64,000 nucleotides of DNA from an uncultured Alphaproteobacteria bacterium (GCA_944393215.1 CALXZL010000003.1:87238-151237); one strand, 5' to 3'; shown: positions 50,080 to 59,676, numbered from the stretch's first letter. Notes: generated from the letters alone by a model not told the origin. A program made the numbers and translations.

Positions 50080-50523
50080 ATGGATACAAAGGAACTTGAA
50101 AAACTTTTTGAACTAAAAGAAAAGGGTATTATTACAGAAGAACAGTTTAATGAAAAAAAGAAGCAAATTTTGGGTTTTGAATCAGACATTGAATCTGATA
50201 TTGTAGATATACCTCAACTTCCTAAACAAGGAGAGAGATTGTTTAATGCCGACTATGATAAAATATTTAATTCTGCTCAAAATGTAATAAAAGAATTGAA
50301 TTATACAATTTCTAATTCAAATAAAAATAAAGGTATCATTATGTTTGATACCCCTCAAACATGGCTATCTTATGGTCAAACAATGCTAATTCAGATATTA
50401 AAATCAAAACAATCTATATCTGTTTCTATATTTGGTAAATGTATTGCTTTTCAAGTTTTTGATTTGGGAGAAAAGAAAAAAATTACAAATAAGATATTTG
50501 ATTATATTGAAAAGAATTTGTAG
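50080..50523 (+). CDS. SHOCT-domain protein
   Basis: N-terminal ELEKLFELKEKGIITEEQFNEKKKQIL matches the SHOCT motif. Confidence 0.5.
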   Translation: MDTKELEKLFELKEKGIITEEQFNEKKKQILGFESDIESDIVDIPQLPKQGERLFNADYDKIFNSAQNVIKELNYTISNSNKNKGIIMFDTPQTWLSYGQTMLIQILKSKQSISVSIFGKCIAFQVFDLGEKKKITNKIFDYIEKNL

Positions 50524-50538
50524 TTTGAGGTGTAAAAA

Positions 50539-51315
50539 ATGATTACAGCAGAAGAATTAGAAAAACTTAACGAACTAAAAGAAAAAGGAGTTATTACAGA
50601 AGAAGAATTTAATCAAAAACGAGAAGAATATTTAAATGATATAGATTCTCAGATAGCAAAATATTCTGATGAAAACATTGACATTGTTTTCACTGTTAAA
50701 AACAATATTCTTTTCAACATTAAGATTGAAAATAAATCTAATACTGACATAGAAATTGATTGGAATAAAACATCATTTATTGAAAATAAAATAATGAATG
50801 GTAATTTTATGTATAATGGTATAGCCCCAATTAATCGTAATAATAAAAGACCTCCTGAAATTATTCCAACAGAATGTTCTATCAATAAAAACATTGTTCC
50901 GACTATAAATCTAATTGATTGGGAAAATATTAAAGTTTTATCAGAGGGAGAAATAGGAATTTATTTAATATATAAAATAAATGAAATAGAAAAAAGGATT
51001 AAGTTATTAATAAATCATAAAAATAAAATTGAAGAATCTTCTGATGAGTTTAGTGTTTCAGAATGGGTAATGATTGTTCTTTCAATTTTAGCAGTAATTC
51101 TTATTGTTCGTGGACTTATAGTTGTTCCTGGATACTTATTTGGTTGTTTTGTTCCAGCATCTCTCTTTGCGTTTGTCGCAAAGTTATTATTATCAATATG
51201 TAAAGATAAAGAAGTTGGAATTATAGAGTTGCTATTTGGAATTTGCTTTGGTGGGTTCTTTGCTTTACTAACCTTATTAGGGCTTTTAGGTGTCAATCTT
51301 TGGTTTTTCATATAA
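50539..51315 (+). CDS. SHOCT-domain protein with C-terminal TM helices
   Basis: N-terminal ELEKLNELKEKGVITEEEFNQKREEYL is present. The C-terminal ~70 aa are strongly hydrophobic. Confidence 0.5.
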   Translation: MITAEELEKLNELKEKGVITEEEFNQKREEYLNDIDSQIAKYSDENIDIVFTVKNNILFNIKIENKSNTDIEIDWNKTSFIENKIMNGNFMYNGIAPINRNNKRPPEIIPTECSINKNIVPTINLIDWENIKVLSEGEIGIYLIYKINEIEKRIKLLINHKNKIEESSDEFSVSEWVMIVLSILAVILIVRGLIVVPGYLFGCFVPASLFAFVAKLLLSICKDKEVGIIELLFGICFGGFFALLTLLGLLGVNLWFFI

Positions 51316-51686
51316 TGCTATCTACTACAAGAAAATCAGGTTATTCTAATAATATCCTTAAATATATATTGCCGATTATAGGGAGTGTTATTGTTCTATT
51401 ATGTTTTTCACAAAATAATAGTTCTGCACACCTTTTAATAGATAATGTTGTTGATTATGAACTTTCAAAATTATCAAATATGCCATATTATGATTGTTTA
51501 AAAAAAGATGTAAAATCACATATTCGGCAAAACTTAAATCTTACTCAAAGAGAAATAGATGCTTTAAATTTTAATGGAAGAGCAAATGCTGAATTGATTG
51601 CAATTAGATTGGATATTATATCACGTGTTAATAGTATTTTGACAGAAAGATTTGCAAATTCACATTGCATTCCAAATTGGAAATAA
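51315..51686 (+). CDS. Hypothetical secreted/membrane-anchored protein
   Basis: An N-terminal hydrophobic segment (ILPIIGSVIVLLCF) is present. The start is at the internal ATG 51315. Confidence 0.35.
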   Translation: MLSTTRKSGYSNNILKYILPIIGSVIVLLCFSQNNSSAHLLIDNVVDYELSKLSNMPYYDCLKKDVKSHIRQNLNLTQREIDALNFNGRANAELIAIRLDIISRVNSILTERFANSHCIPNWK

Positions 51687-51941
51687 TTAAACTTCAATTA
51701 CAGTATATTTCCCGTTATCATATTTTACAATAGCATAATTTCTTTTATCTAGGGCTTGGAATACTACAATCCAAGCCCAATTTTGATTAAATACAATTTT
51801 ACCATCGCTTTGGATATATGAATATTTTTTATTATGTGTCATTAACTGCTGATATGCTCTGATTATTTCCATTTTTAATCCTTAATTTTTTTTATAAAAA
51901 TCAAAATTTATCAATTAACGAAACTTAAAAGTAGGGTTATT

Positions 51942-52415
51942 TTATAGATATTTAAGCAATTTTTTTGTGATTATTTGATTACCTCGGTTAATGAGAATAT
52001 CTAAATAATTGCTGATGGTGTATTTGTCTTCATAAATTGGCTGAATTTGAATCAGATTTTGAACTAATCTATGTAAAATGTTAATCGGTGGTTGTCTTCT
52101 TTCGCAAATCAACATACCTAAATAATCTTGGCTTTTATTTAAAAATTGCTGGCTGAATTGCCTTTGGCTTTTAACAATACCTAATTTTTGTAAATATTGG
52201 CAACATTCTTTAATAAATTCGGCATCTTCTTCTTGTTCAATATTATAGCGTTTAGTTCTGGCTTGTCTTAATTCGTCATTGTTTTTAGCTTTTTTATCTT
52301 TTAACGCCTTTTTTAAGCTCTCTGGTGAGGTATATTTTAATTTGTCGTTGATTGACTTGTTATCTTTCATTATTGCTTTTATGCGGTCATTTATGGCGTT
52401 TTTCTCTAAATTCAT
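51942..52415 (-). CDS. Hypothetical protein (island cargo)
   Basis: 157-aa ORF with no recognisable motifs. Confidence 0.4.
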   Translation of the reverse strand: MNLEKNAINDRIKAIMKDNKSINDKLKYTSPESLKKALKDKKAKNNDELRQARTKRYNIEQEEDAEFIKECCQYLQKLGIVKSQRQFSQQFLNKSQDYLGMLICERRQPPINILHRLVQNLIQIQPIYEDKYTISNYLDILINRGNQIITKKLLKYL

Positions 52416-52438
52416 TTATTCTCCTTTTAATATATTTA

Positions 52439-52849
52439 TCAATTAAAATCTGTAATTGGCAAATATAGGTCTGAATTTGTTGCGATGGATTGCCCTTCTT
52501 TAAGGCAATAAAAATAAACATTTTGTTCGTCATATCTTCCAGATTTGATAATTTGGCAATCTGTGGTTAATGATGGATAAATGTTTTTAAGGTCGTTACT
52601 TAAAAAGTGGTGTAGTTCTTTAACCTTGTTTAGTGGTAAATCAATGATGATATGTAAATGTGGTTGTTTGAAGTCCTTTGAGCCTACTTCTTGAAATACA
52701 CCTATTTGATATTGTCTATCTTTGTGTTTGAAATAACGAGACTCTAGTGTTTTTCTGTAATATTTTTGAAGTGATTTTCTAAAATTTATCATTAAATTTC
52801 TTTGTGATAAATTTTCTATATGTGGGTTAAATGTCATAAATATTTTCAT
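52439..52849 (-). CDS. Small protein with an HUH-like motif (PHLHIIIDLP); possible replication-initiation/relaxase-like protein
   Basis: 136 aa. The HxH (HUH) motif is embedded in hydrophobic residues. This is weak evidence. Confidence 0.3.
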   Translation of the reverse strand: MKIFMTFNPHIENLSQRNLMINFRKSLQKYYRKTLESRYFKHKDRQYQIGVFQEVGSKDFKQPHLHIIIDLPLNKVKELHHFLSNDLKNIYPSLTTDCQIIKSGRYDEQNVYFYCLKEGQSIATNSDLYLPITDFN

Positions 52850-53252
52850 AATAATTTCCTTTGGATAATAGTTAATAATAGCGATGGTTTATCGCTTGTT
52901 TGTAGTTTTATTTGAAGATTTATTTAGATGGGCGAATAAACAACACCATCGCTATAAATCTTTTATTGTGGGAATATCTGCTGATGATTGATATTCCCTA
53001 AAATCATCAGCACAGAGATATTTTACTTCATATTCTGGCCAAAATACAAAAATAAAATACTCAATTTTATTTATTCATTAGCAATTAAATTTTGTAATTG
53101 AATGATTTTTATATTGAAAAATGCTCTTGACGCTTTGAAAATGAAGGTATATAAGGTGCCAAACTATGTATCACATCAACCAAAAAATATGGGGCTATTT
53201 TTAGAATATATTTAATATTTTTCAATATGTTAGTGTGTATTGTGGTTGAGTG

Positions 53253-53270
53253 TCCTGCCCCCGCAACCAA
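53253..53270 (+). repeat. attR-like 18-bp direct repeat of the tRNA-fMet 3' end
   Basis: tcctgcccccgcaaccaa is identical to 45493-45510. Confidence 0.8.
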
Positions 53271-53276
53271 AGAAAA

Positions 53277-53312
53277 ACAAGGCTTTTGAAAAATCAAAAG
53301 CCTTTTTCTTTT
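53277..53312 (+). terminator. Intrinsic terminator (probably the displaced original tRNA terminator)
   Basis: caaggcttttgaaaaatcaaaagcctt followed by TTTCTTTT. Confidence 0.6.
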
Positions 53313-53421
53313 GCCGTTGTGGGACAATTTGTCCCACTATAGTCCCACTTTTTTAGAGTATTTTAGGTATCTTTATGATATGTTTTATGGTGATTTTAGC
53401 TTATTTGGTATAGATAATTAC

Positions 53422-53688
53422 TCAAGATAACCAATTTTTTATCAGCTTTTCTTTTATGTTTTGACTGCCTACTGCATTAATAGAGCTGTATAACACATCT
53501 TTTTCAAACAAAAAACCGATAAACTCATCACTTAAATGTAACTTAGCTCTGACTTCTTTATGCTCTGCTTCTTCCGCATTCCAAGCATAAAGTGTCTTAC
53601 CATCAGTTAAAATACGAACCAGTCTATGATGTTCACATAGCCTCTTAAATTGTTCCTTGTTAAGTATTGGTAGAATATTATTATTCAT
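53422..53688 (-). CDS. Small hypothetical protein downstream of the WYL regulator
   Basis: 88 aa. It overlaps the WYL gene end by 8 nt, so it is likely co-transcribed. Confidence 0.45.
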   Translation of the reverse strand: MNNNILPILNKEQFKRLCEHHRLVRILTDGKTLYAWNAEEAEHKEVRAKLHLSDEFIGFLFEKDVLYSSINAVGSQNIKEKLIKNWLS

Positions 53689-54631
53689 ACCAATTCTCCG
53701 GTTTAATTACTTTTACATGACTTCCCCATGTGTAGAGATGCCAATCCATTTCTAATCTGCCACCGGCTCTGAATTTAACGGTTAATGTTCCGTCCGGATT
53801 TTTTATCATGGCTTGTGTGGGATGAAAAATATAGTGAGAGGCTTCTTCTGATACTTCTTTATCAAACAACCATTCAACTTCGAAAGGCTCTTCGTGATAA
53901 GCACCAAATGATTCTTCAGCGTATTTCTGCAAGTTAAAATCAGGCGAGTTTTCAATTACACTGTTTAATATTTCTACTTCTCGAATATTGCTCAAAATAA
54001 AGTTATGAACTTCATTTCCAAAATATCCATCAGCATGATGGGCAACCAAGTAGTGATTGCGCTCACCATAAAGAAAGCCATAAGGGTTAAGGGTATTGGT
54101 ACTAATTTTTACGCTATTCTTATTATAATATTTAATTTTAATCTGCCGATATTCCAAAATGGCTTGGCGAACCGTAGCGATAATCTTTTCATCTATCACA
54201 AGTCTTGGTCCGGGGCGACAAATAAAGCCTTCTGCTTCAAGCAAGGCTTCGGTATCGGGTTCAATTTTGCGGATTATATCTGGTTTAATGGAGGCTTTTA
54301 TTTTTGCTATAACTTTATCAAGAACAAGGCTCCTTTCAACCATTTGCTTATTTCCAAACAACTCTTTAGCTGTTTCTAGAATCGATAATTCTTCGGCAGA
54401 AAAGTTTATTAAATCCTTTAATGTTCCTTGCGGAATATACCAGCGTTTTTGATTGTTTTCGCAAATAATTTCTTCGGCTTGCGGAAATCGAGTGATAATC
54501 ATGTCTCGCATACGTTCCGCCGTGCGGCGCGAAACTTGATATTTTTCAGCAATATCATTTAAGCTGACACCTTCACGGGTGGATTGCATCCAGACGGCTA
54601 AATCAAGCAAATCATATGTCTTTTCGTATGC
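53681..54631 (-). CDS. HTH plus WYL-domain transcriptional regulator (BrxR/CapW-like architecture)
   Basis: The N-terminal HTH is LNDIAEKYQVSRRTAERMRDMI. The central and C-terminal region (..YGFLYGERNHYLVAHHADGYFGNEVHNFILSNIREVEIL..) has a WYL-like pattern. The start is set at MAYEKTYDLL. Confidence 0.6.
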   Translation of the reverse strand, partial: AYEKTYDLLDLAVWMQSTREGVSLNDIAEKYQVSRRTAERMRDMIITRFPQAEEIICENNQKRWYIPQGTLKDLINFSAEELSILETAKELFGNKQMVERSLVLDKVIAKIKASIKPDIIRKIEPDTEALLEAEGFICRPGPRLVIDEKIIATVRQAILEYRQIKIKYYNKNSVKISTNTLNPYGFLYGERNHYLVAHHADGYFGNEVHNFILSNIREVEILNSVIENSPDFNLQKYAEESFGAYHEEPFEVEWLFDKEVSEEASHYIFHPTQAMIKNPDGTLTVKFRAGGRLEMDWHLYTWGSHVKVIKPENWYE

Positions 54632-54742
54632 CATGATTACTTCTCCTACTATTAAGGTAAAGTAATTGTATGACAATTTCTGACATATGAAAATTATTTC
54701 TTTTTCAAATCAAATGAATCTAAAGTTTGGAAGATAACAATA

Positions 54743-55777
54743 TTAAAAATATTTAATTCCCATAGCTTTCTTAACGCTATCTAAGGTTTTAGCCGCTATA
54801 TTTTGTGCTTTTTCACTTCCGGATTTTAATATTGAAAAGACATAATCTAAGTTTTTGCTATATTCCATTCTTTTTTCTCTTATGGGAGTCAGCTCTTGTT
54901 GTAAGATTTCATTTAGGAATTTTTTAACAACGCTATCGCCCAATCCACCTTTTTGATAGTGCTGCTTTAATTCATCCAAATTATTATACTGAGGCAGAAA
55001 AGAAGCAAAATGTTTATCTTCGCAAAAGGCATCTAGATATGTAAAAACCGTATTATTCTCTAAATGTCCGGGGTCAGAAACTCTAATATGAGTAGGATCG
55101 GTGTACATACTTTTAATTTTTTTGCTTATTTCTTCAGGGGTGTCTGATAAATAAATGCAATTTCCCAGAGATTTGCTCATCTTTGCGTTGCCATCTATAC
55201 CTGGAAGTCTGGAACATGCCTCGTTTTTAGGGAGCAAAGCAGTTGGTTCAACAAGAATGTTGTCATACAAGGTGTTGAAGCTACGGACAATCTCTCTGGC
55301 TTGTTCAATCATGGGCAACTGGTCATTTCCTACCGGCACAATCTCTGCCTTAAATGCTGTAATATCAGCAGCTTGACTGATTGGATATGTGAAAAATCCA
55401 ACAGGAACACTTTGCTTAAAACCTCTCAATTTAATTTCAGTTTTCACGGTTGGGTTTCTTTGGAGTCTGGATACCGTGACTAAATTCATATAGTAAAAAG
55501 ACAACTCGCAAAGTTCAGGTATCAACGATTGAATATATATAGTCGACACATCGGGGGCTAACCCGCAAGATAAATAATCTAATGCAACTTCTTTGATATT
55601 ATTTCTTACTTTATTTATATCGTTAAAATTATCTGTTAAAGCCTGAGAATCGGCAATCATGATAAACATTTCATTGTTGCGGTCTGATTGCAATTCTACT
55701 CTTCTTCTTAAGGATCCAACATAATGTCCTAAGTGAAGTTTTCCGGTTGGTCTATCGCCTGATAAGATGATACTCAT
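54743..55777 (-). CDS. trpS: Tryptophan--tRNA ligase
   Basis: The class I HIGH-like motif is GKLHLGHY and KMSKS is present as AKMSKSLGN. At 344 aa it is typical of TrpRS. Confidence 0.9.
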   Translation of the reverse strand: MSIILSGDRPTGKLHLGHYVGSLRRRVELQSDRNNEMFIMIADSQALTDNFNDINKVRNNIKEVALDYLSCGLAPDVSTIYIQSLIPELCELSFYYMNLVTVSRLQRNPTVKTEIKLRGFKQSVPVGFFTYPISQAADITAFKAEIVPVGNDQLPMIEQAREIVRSFNTLYDNILVEPTALLPKNEACSRLPGIDGNAKMSKSLGNCIYLSDTPEEISKKIKSMYTDPTHIRVSDPGHLENNTVFTYLDAFCEDKHFASFLPQYNNLDELKQHYQKGGLGDSVVKKFLNEILQQELTPIREKRMEYSKNLDYVFSILKSGSEKAQNIAAKTLDSVKKAMGIKYF

Positions 55778-55851
55778 TATTTCTCCTTTACTTTTATCAT
55801 AGAAATAATATAGCTTAAGTATGGAGTCAACATTAAATTGGAATAATATTC

Positions 55852-56349
55852 ATGAGAAAAAAAACTAAAATAATAATATTGCTTTCTGGAATGGCTGCCT
55901 CTGGAAAATCAACTATTGCAAAAGAGTTTTTATTTGCAACAAAAGAATTAAATATAAAAATTGGTTATATACCTGGAGATGTAGTTGCCCATCTTGTATT
56001 TGATTGCAAATATAGTAAAAATGAATTAGATATTAAATATATAAATATGCAAAATATCATAAACATTTTATCGTATTATTGTGACGTAATATTTATTGAA
56101 GACCTTTTTAAAAGACAACAAGATTGGAACGTTATCACAAAAAAATGTTCTTCAATTGCAAAATTGTATACTTATTCTCTTCTTTGTGATTATCATACAC
56201 TAATAAAAAGAAATAATAACAGAGACGTAGAGCAAAAACTTTCCTATAAAAAAATGATTAATTATTACAATATATATTCTAAATACAATAAGTTAGGCGA
56301 TATAATAATAGATTCAAAAAAATTTATGAGATTAATGATGAAATTCTAA
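55852..56349 (+). CDS. Small P-loop NTPase/kinase-like protein (AAA_33-like)
   Basis: Walker A is LSGMAASGKST. The protein is 165 aa and very AT-rich. Confidence 0.55.
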   Translation: MRKKTKIIILLSGMAASGKSTIAKEFLFATKELNIKIGYIPGDVVAHLVFDCKYSKNELDIKYINMQNIINILSYYCDVIFIEDLFKRQQDWNVITKKCSSIAKLYTYSLLCDYHTLIKRNNNRDVEQKLSYKKMINYYNIYSKYNKLGDIIIDSKKFMRLMMKF

Positions 56350-56474
56350 AAGATATTTTTGGAAGCCACAAAAATAATAATGAAAGATGCCTTGGTTGGA
56401 CATACTTTAAGGTTAAACTGTTAAATGATTTTTACAGCACCGGAATCCAAGATATTTATACGGTTGTTGAAGAT

Positions 56475-56951
56475 ATGATTAAAATCAAAAATCTTGATGA
56501 AAATATTAAGAATGGTGATTTTAAAGCCGTAAACGAAATCAGAGATATTTTTAAGAATAACAAAGAAAACAAAAACAGCCATGATATTTATTCTTTTGCT
56601 ACTAAATTCTGCCATTTTTCAAATCCGGACAAGTTTTCTATTTATGATCGTTATGTCGCTTATTTATTAAAGGACTATATTATAAAATGGAAAGATAAAT
56701 TTACTTCCGCCTTTATTAAATATAATGAAACATCTAAAGAAAATAAGATTAAGATTGATAAACCGACAGCAAGCTCTCTTTTAACCGCTATGAGAGATTA
56801 TACATTCTTTATGAATGTGATTGAATTATTTATGAGTAATTGTAAAATTTCCAAACGCAATTCAAGAGCTAAAGTAGACAATTACCTATGGTTAGCAGGC
56901 ATGATGAAATACAGAAAAGGAAGTAACGTTGCTCAAGATTATAAAAATTAA
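56475..56951 (+). CDS. Hypothetical protein
   Basis: 158-aa ORF. An in-frame stop-free extension runs upstream, so the true start is uncertain. Confidence 0.4.
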   Translation: MIKIKNLDENIKNGDFKAVNEIRDIFKNNKENKNSHDIYSFATKFCHFSNPDKFSIYDRYVAYLLKDYIIKWKDKFTSAFIKYNETSKENKIKIDKPTASSLLTAMRDYTFFMNVIELFMSNCKISKRNSRAKVDNYLWLAGMMKYRKGSNVAQDYKN

Positions 56952-57474
56952 ATCATAGAGAGTTGTATAGAGGTTTAAATTAAGACACTCTATATAAAAC
57001 CCTAATATTTCCAATGCTTTTAGAGGGATAGAGGTTTAATAAAGGATTATATATACCGAGGTATCAATGACAAATATTATTAATTCTAAATAAAAAAAAT
57101 ATATTAAGATTATAGATAGAATATTAAAATATATATTATATATACTTTGGGTTGTTTTTTATTTAGACATTTTATTTGTTATATTATATATTGTAACCAG
57201 TTTTAACTCTCTATCTTTCTAAAACATACAGTTTTCTTGATTTTTTTATAGAGAGACTGAAATTTTAACTCTCTAACCCTGTTAAAAACACTCTATATTA
57301 GAATATCCTTTGTTTTCTATGCATATAAAAGAACTTTGCTTATTCCTACATCATTTATCAAAAACATTCAAAATCTCGTTATATGCAAAGAAAATGCAAG
57401 CTATTTTAGACTATTAATAAAATATTTTATTTTTAATGGTATTGTTTTAGCATAAAGGGGCAAAGGAGCATCCT

Positions 57475-58389
57475 ATGGAAAAGCAAATAATTGAAATTTC
57501 GAATGATGGATTTTCTTTATTTTTACATAGAGGTTTTATAAGTATTGAAAATAAAGATATTTCATTAAAAACAGAAATTCCATTGGATAATATTTTATCA
57601 TTAGTGATTAGTGCTAATGATTTGATGCTTTCTAAAAATGTAATAAATGCCATAACAGAACAGGGTGCAAATATTATTTGTTGTGGTAAAAATTATGTTC
57701 CTTCTTCAATTATAATTCCTTGCGAGGGGCATTGGCTAGTCGCATCAAGAGTTCAAAATCAAATAGAATGCTCCAAACCTTTACAAAAAAATTTATGGAA
57801 GAGTATTATTCAAAATAAAATTTATAATCAATCCAAAATTTTAGAGCTCTTTTTTCCTAATCATAGTAATATTGCGCGACTGAAACAATTAGCTAAGGAT
57901 ACACTTAGCAATGATGCGCGAAATAATGAAGGGGTGGCGGCTTCAATTTATTTCAAATCATTATTTGGTAAGAACTTTGTGCGAGATAGATTGAGCGGCG
58001 ACGTTAATATTTTATTGAATTATGCTTACATAGTTCTTAGAGCTATGGTTATAAGAGCAATTTATGGTAATGGATTGTTGCCTTTTTTAGGATTAAAGCA
58101 TTGTGCTAAAACAAATACTTTTCCCCTAGCAGATGATTTGATGGAGCCTTTTAGACCGTGGGCTGACAAATTGGTATTCGAGGAAATAAATAGGCTAGTT
58201 AATATTCAAGATATTGAATTGACGCCGGAAATAAAACGAAGATTAACAGGACTGATTTCTATTCCTGTCAAGACAGGTAAAGGTTGTGTTTCGTTAAATG
58301 ATGCCGTGTTTGATTTTGTGGGAAGTTTGGTCGTCAGTTTTGAAGATAAAAAAGTTAAATTAAAATATCCAGAGTTTGAAGATAGTTGA
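57475..58389 (+). CDS. cas1: CRISPR-associated endonuclease Cas1 (type II)
   Basis: 304 aa, alignable along its length with type II-C Cas1 (..NYAYIVLRAMVIRAIYGNGLLPFLGLKHCAKTNTFPLADDLMEPFRP..). The stop codon lies inside the degenerate terminal CRISPR repeat. Confidence 0.9.
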   Translation: MEKQIIEISNDGFSLFLHRGFISIENKDISLKTEIPLDNILSLVISANDLMLSKNVINAITEQGANIICCGKNYVPSSIIIPCEGHWLVASRVQNQIECSKPLQKNLWKSIIQNKIYNQSKILELFFPNHSNIARLKQLAKDTLSNDARNNEGVAASIYFKSLFGKNFVRDRLSGDVNILLNYAYIVLRAMVIRAIYGNGLLPFLGLKHCAKTNTFPLADDLMEPFRPWADKLVFEEINRLVNIQDIELTPEIKRRLTGLISIPVKTGKGCVSLNDAVFDFVGSLVVSFEDKKVKLKYPEFEDS

Positions 58390-59601
58390 CTGTCTAATTA
58401 ATCTCTGATACGTTTGAAGCTAATTCTATTAAACTTTCTTTAGGTTATAGTTGACCGTCTAATTAATCTCTGATATGCTCTTTCCAGCGCGGCACGCTTT
58501 TCATCCGGTGGTTATAGTTGACCGTCTAATTAATCTCTGATATGCTTAAGTATTCCGGTAAGTTTCTTCTTTGAGGGTTATAGTTGACCGTCTAATTAAT
58601 CTCTGATATGCTGAAAAACCGAGATAATCACCTAGACTCCCGGTTATAGTTGACCGTCTAATTAATCTCTGATATGCTGTAATTGAACATGAAACGTTAT
58701 CGTCGTTAGTTATAGTTGACCGTCTAATTAATCTCTGATATGCTATGAAATTATTTTTTCGCCTATTTGAATTTGTTATAGTTGACCGTCTAATTAATCT
58801 CTGATATGCTCTATTTCAACACATTGATAGCTCGTTTCAGTTATAGTTGACCGTCTAATTAATCTCTGATATGCTCTATTTCAACACATTGATAGCTCGT
58901 TTCATGTTATAGTTGACCGTCTAATTAATCTCTGATATGCTTATGTTATAAATATATCATAAACAAACAAGGTTATAGTTGACCGTCTAATTAATCTCTG
59001 ATATGCTTGCTTTTCTCATCAATTTGACTTTGTAACTGTTATAGTTGACCGTCTAATTAATCTCTGATATGCTAACACCCACGGCCTGCCAGACGATGAC
59101 CACGTTATAGTTGACCGTCTAATTAATCTCTGATATGCTAAAAACCGAAAAAATAGGTTAAATTGGTTAGTTATAGTTGACCGTCTAATTAATCTCTGAT
59201 ATGCTGGCGTTCCGTGGCATCAATATCAATTAAAAGTTATAGTTGACCGTCTAATTAATCTCTGATATGCTATAACAGTATTCGGGCCAGTGCGCAATTT
59301 TGTTATAGTTGACCGTCTAATTAATCTCTGATATGCTCTCGGAGATGATGGGGCTTACAGCACCTGAGTTATAGTTGACCGTCTAATTAATCTCTGATAT
59401 GCTACCGGAACTCGATGTATAAACGTTTTCTTGGTTATAGTTGACCGTCTAATTAATCTCTGATATGCTCACGCAGACCTGGTTTAGCGATTTTAATCTG
59501 TTATAGTTGACCGTCTAATTAATCTCTGATATGCTCAATTATATCCTGAAACGGTTAATAAAGCTGTTATAGTTGACCGTCTAATTAATCTCTGATATGC
59601 T
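58379..59601 (+). CRISPR. CRISPR array: 18 identical 36-bp repeats (GTTATAGTTGACCGTCTAATTAATCTCTGATATGCT) plus one degenerate terminal repeat at 58379-58414; 18 spacers of 29-31 bp
   Basis: Repeat starts are at 58444, 58511, 58577, 58643, 58709, 58775, 58840, 58906, 58972, 59038, 59104, 59170, 59236, 59302, 59368, 59434, 59500 and 59566. The degenerate copy gaagatagttgactgtctaattaatctctgatacgtt has 6 mismatches. Spacers 6 and 7 (58811-58839 and 58876-58905) are identical except for 1 nt. Confidence 0.95.
58471..59601 (+). promoter_or_regulatory. Repeat-embedded extended -10-like promoter elements (TGATATGCT at repeat positions 28-36), predicted to drive plus-strand crRNA transcription
   Basis: TGnTATgcT resembles an extended -10 (TGnTATAAT). 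This parallels the repeat-internal promoters of Neisseria/Campylobacter type II-C arrays. The orientation agrees with tracrRNA anti-repeat complementarity. Confidence 0.5.
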
Positions 59602-59611
59602 ATCTGATAGC

Positions 59612-59655
59612 ACAAGGCCTTGAAATAACTAGATTTCAAGGTCTTGTTTTAATAA
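59612..59655 (+). terminator. Intrinsic terminator downstream of the array (plus strand)
   Basis: A 13-bp stem (aaggccttgaaat / atttcaaggtctt, one G-U) with loop aactag, followed by gttttaataaaaaaa. Confidence 0.5.
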
Positions 59656-59676
59656 AAAAATGTTGTTTGTTTGCCC

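Noticed and set aside
55852-56349. P-loop protein upstream of cas1 as a possible Csn2
   Set aside because: Csn2 lacks a canonical Walker A, is 220-350 aa, and lies between cas2 and the array. This protein has a canonical GxxxxGKST motif, is 165 aa, and lies beyond cas1.
58379-59601. Alternative array polarity (minus-strand transcription, leader at the cas1 side)
   Set aside because: The tracrRNA anti-repeat complements the plus-strand repeat positions 8-29, as needed for a spacer-then-repeat crRNA read on the plus strand. The -10-like motif sits at the plus-strand 3' end of the repeat. The degenerate repeat is at the cas1 side. All three point to plus-strand crRNAs and a cas2-proximal newest end.
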